Origin: a virus
Length of the DNA stretch: 64,000 bases
Strand: one strand, 5' to 3'
Virus record (IMG/VR): IMGVR_UViG_3300036832_000855
Location: 1 to 64,000 of that record
The first letter of the stretch is position 1; the number at the start of each line of letters is the position of its first letter. Below, in pieces: positions 63,701 to 64,000 of the stretch. A program made the position numbers and the translations under genes. The notes below the pieces were generated by a model. That model worked only from the letters and a program-made list of their open reading frames with translations, was not told the DNA's origin and made no database searches.

Positions 63701-63886
63701 GCTTGCGCCGTCGCCGATCAACTGCGAGTACGCCGTGCCGCTACCGGCCTGCGCCGACACCCAGATGGTGCCGTTCCACCAGAACAGGATGTTGGAGCCC
63801 GTGTCGTAGTACATCTGCCCGAGCGCAGGCGAGGCGGGGGCGGCGGACGCGCGGGGAGGTCTGAGGGTTCCGGTGATGTCAGGCAT
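60713..63886 (-). CDS. tail fibre protein (collar domain, HxH needle, C1q-like domain)
   Basis: PVGTVKAW..IPTNWMLADG..YPDLF..FNIPDLRGR; C1q-like repeat; IFTLPPGYRP. Confidence 0.85.
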   Translation of the reverse strand: MPDITGTLRPPRASAAPASPALGQMYYDTGSNILFWWNGTIWVSAQAGSGTAYSQLIGDGASQTFVVTHNLGARNVIVRVYRSAPPYDDVEADVEHTDNSTVTVRTTSVPASGQYTVVVLSGAGAQGPTGTRGSLWYTYTSLGTPPPGTFTGELNGDLCVRAADNEVFQRVAGSWIDQNYKTTGNIYDTDPVGTVKAWTGAAIPTNWMLADGRALNRAAYPDLFTALGSTGSPWGLPDGASFNIPDLRGRMLVGSGVGVGGGASGTGKISGGSALTSRALSGYGGEERHALITAELAVHNHGGATGGGTSGYADTNHYHNVNFNTGYVSNDHSHSLSLSANNSPVTQSGGQGCATIGGGSNTSGISANHTHNTTSNTDWQSNSYNNSNHAHSVPALGINNDGSGSTHENMPPWCAVALIVKVTGVQVNSGGALQGATGLRGATWFMYNGVGTPAAGTFVGELDGDWAIRKSDGEEFQRVNGVWVDQNYTNRSTAPVVAARGYPTAALTPAANAWTKVPMAAVSYDTASLVNTSQGRFNIATPGVYQVSASVMSTMSGTGTYTNYAVGMYKNGALYGYGGPITAVQQGDSLTYADTIQCIAGDYLELWVFNQQGTAVQINAQMTFMSVVLITAGPGPQGQRGSNWFTYTGAGTPAAGTFLNELDGDMAVRASDGEVFRRINGVWTDQNWKQSTGMATMDTWHWVGGSGEPAFQNAWVNYSVRTSFEQLSFRKYPDGRVQVRGLVAGGTAAATIFTLPPGYRPPAPLIIACDTNSNAHVRINVGTDGQVQAANASNAYLSLSNVEFDTDAVTTYAVGTRGSNWYSYNGAGTPAVGSFVGEIDNDMAVRTSDSEVFKRTSGVWVDQTWKVSAGVAQAPTVQMINVTGTPVLCTFTGLDGNRDVLYEVVLDIIVTGAAANWYCFIQPNGQYSGFNQWAENRTFTTDGTTFTNDGLGKSSCPPYGFPAGHSDWNTGGRLHSETRISALAINPPQAMGRSSNHSGSFVPAGQPSYCMTWRGGVNWWDGATNITSLLVGYWNTAGGVVAAGATAVGRASLKIVN

Positions 63887-63889
63887 GGC

Positions 63890-64000
63890 TCACCCCACCA
63901 GGGTCACGAGTTTCGAGTTCGCAGCAACAGCCGTGCCGTACGTGATCGTCACGTCCCCGTTGGCGGCAACGCTGATGTCGGGGATCTCGACGTTGCCGCT
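63890..64000 (-). CDS. 3' end of an upstream structural gene
   Basis: Open frame ...VEIPDISVAANGDVTITYG...VTLVG-stop. Confidence 0.55.
   Translation of the reverse strand, partial: SGNVEIPDISVAANGDVTITYGTAVAANSKLVTLVG

Noticed and set aside
50061-63886. Diversity-generating retroelement in the fibre genes
   Set aside because: No reverse transcriptase in the window, and differences between repeats are synonymous rather than adenine-specific.
1-64000. Many long overlapping Arg/Ala/Pro-rich ORFs in the six-frame track
   Set aside because: Shadow frames expected at this GC content; they lack RBS, coupling and motifs.

Overview
A 64-kb piece of a high-GC dsDNA phage genome with a contractile tail. 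The host is probably an actinobacterium (inferred from GC content, TANNNT promoters and leaderless genes). No integrase, capsid, prohead protease, tRNA or CRISPR array is visible in the window. Left to right: small accessory genes (1-5.4 kb); lysis genes (holin, GH24 lysozyme, frameshifted M15 peptidase); three very large multi-enzyme 'polyvalent' proteins, one with a MuF domain (8-18.4 kb); portal; an 11-kb island of about 35 tiny genes; terL/terS; accessory genes with RusA and an XRE regulator; a primase-helicase; a RecE-like/Bet recombination pair; and a baseplate/fibre module with a 10x C1q-domain protein. Two candidate new systems stand out. (1) About 20 accessory or early genes share a 12-nt RBS motif, CCGACCGAGGAG. 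One orphan copy lies in antisense, in the loop of a hairpin with its own -10 and terminator, at the end of the tail operon (49941-50033). This looks like a phage sRNA that blocks the ribosome-binding sites of a whole regulon, while several packaging and lysis genes are leaderless and would escape it. (2) The polyvalent head proteins are punctuated by a repeated [LM]xE[AT]...LHPR[GD]RxGxW tag in front of their enzyme blocks (ART-like, GNAT, zincin, CCA-adding enzyme plus RelA/SpoT-type hydrolase). This suggests protease-processed, capsid-delivered effector polyproteins that include a tRNA 3'-end repair kit. All functional calls come from motif recognition by eye; no searches or folding programs were run.
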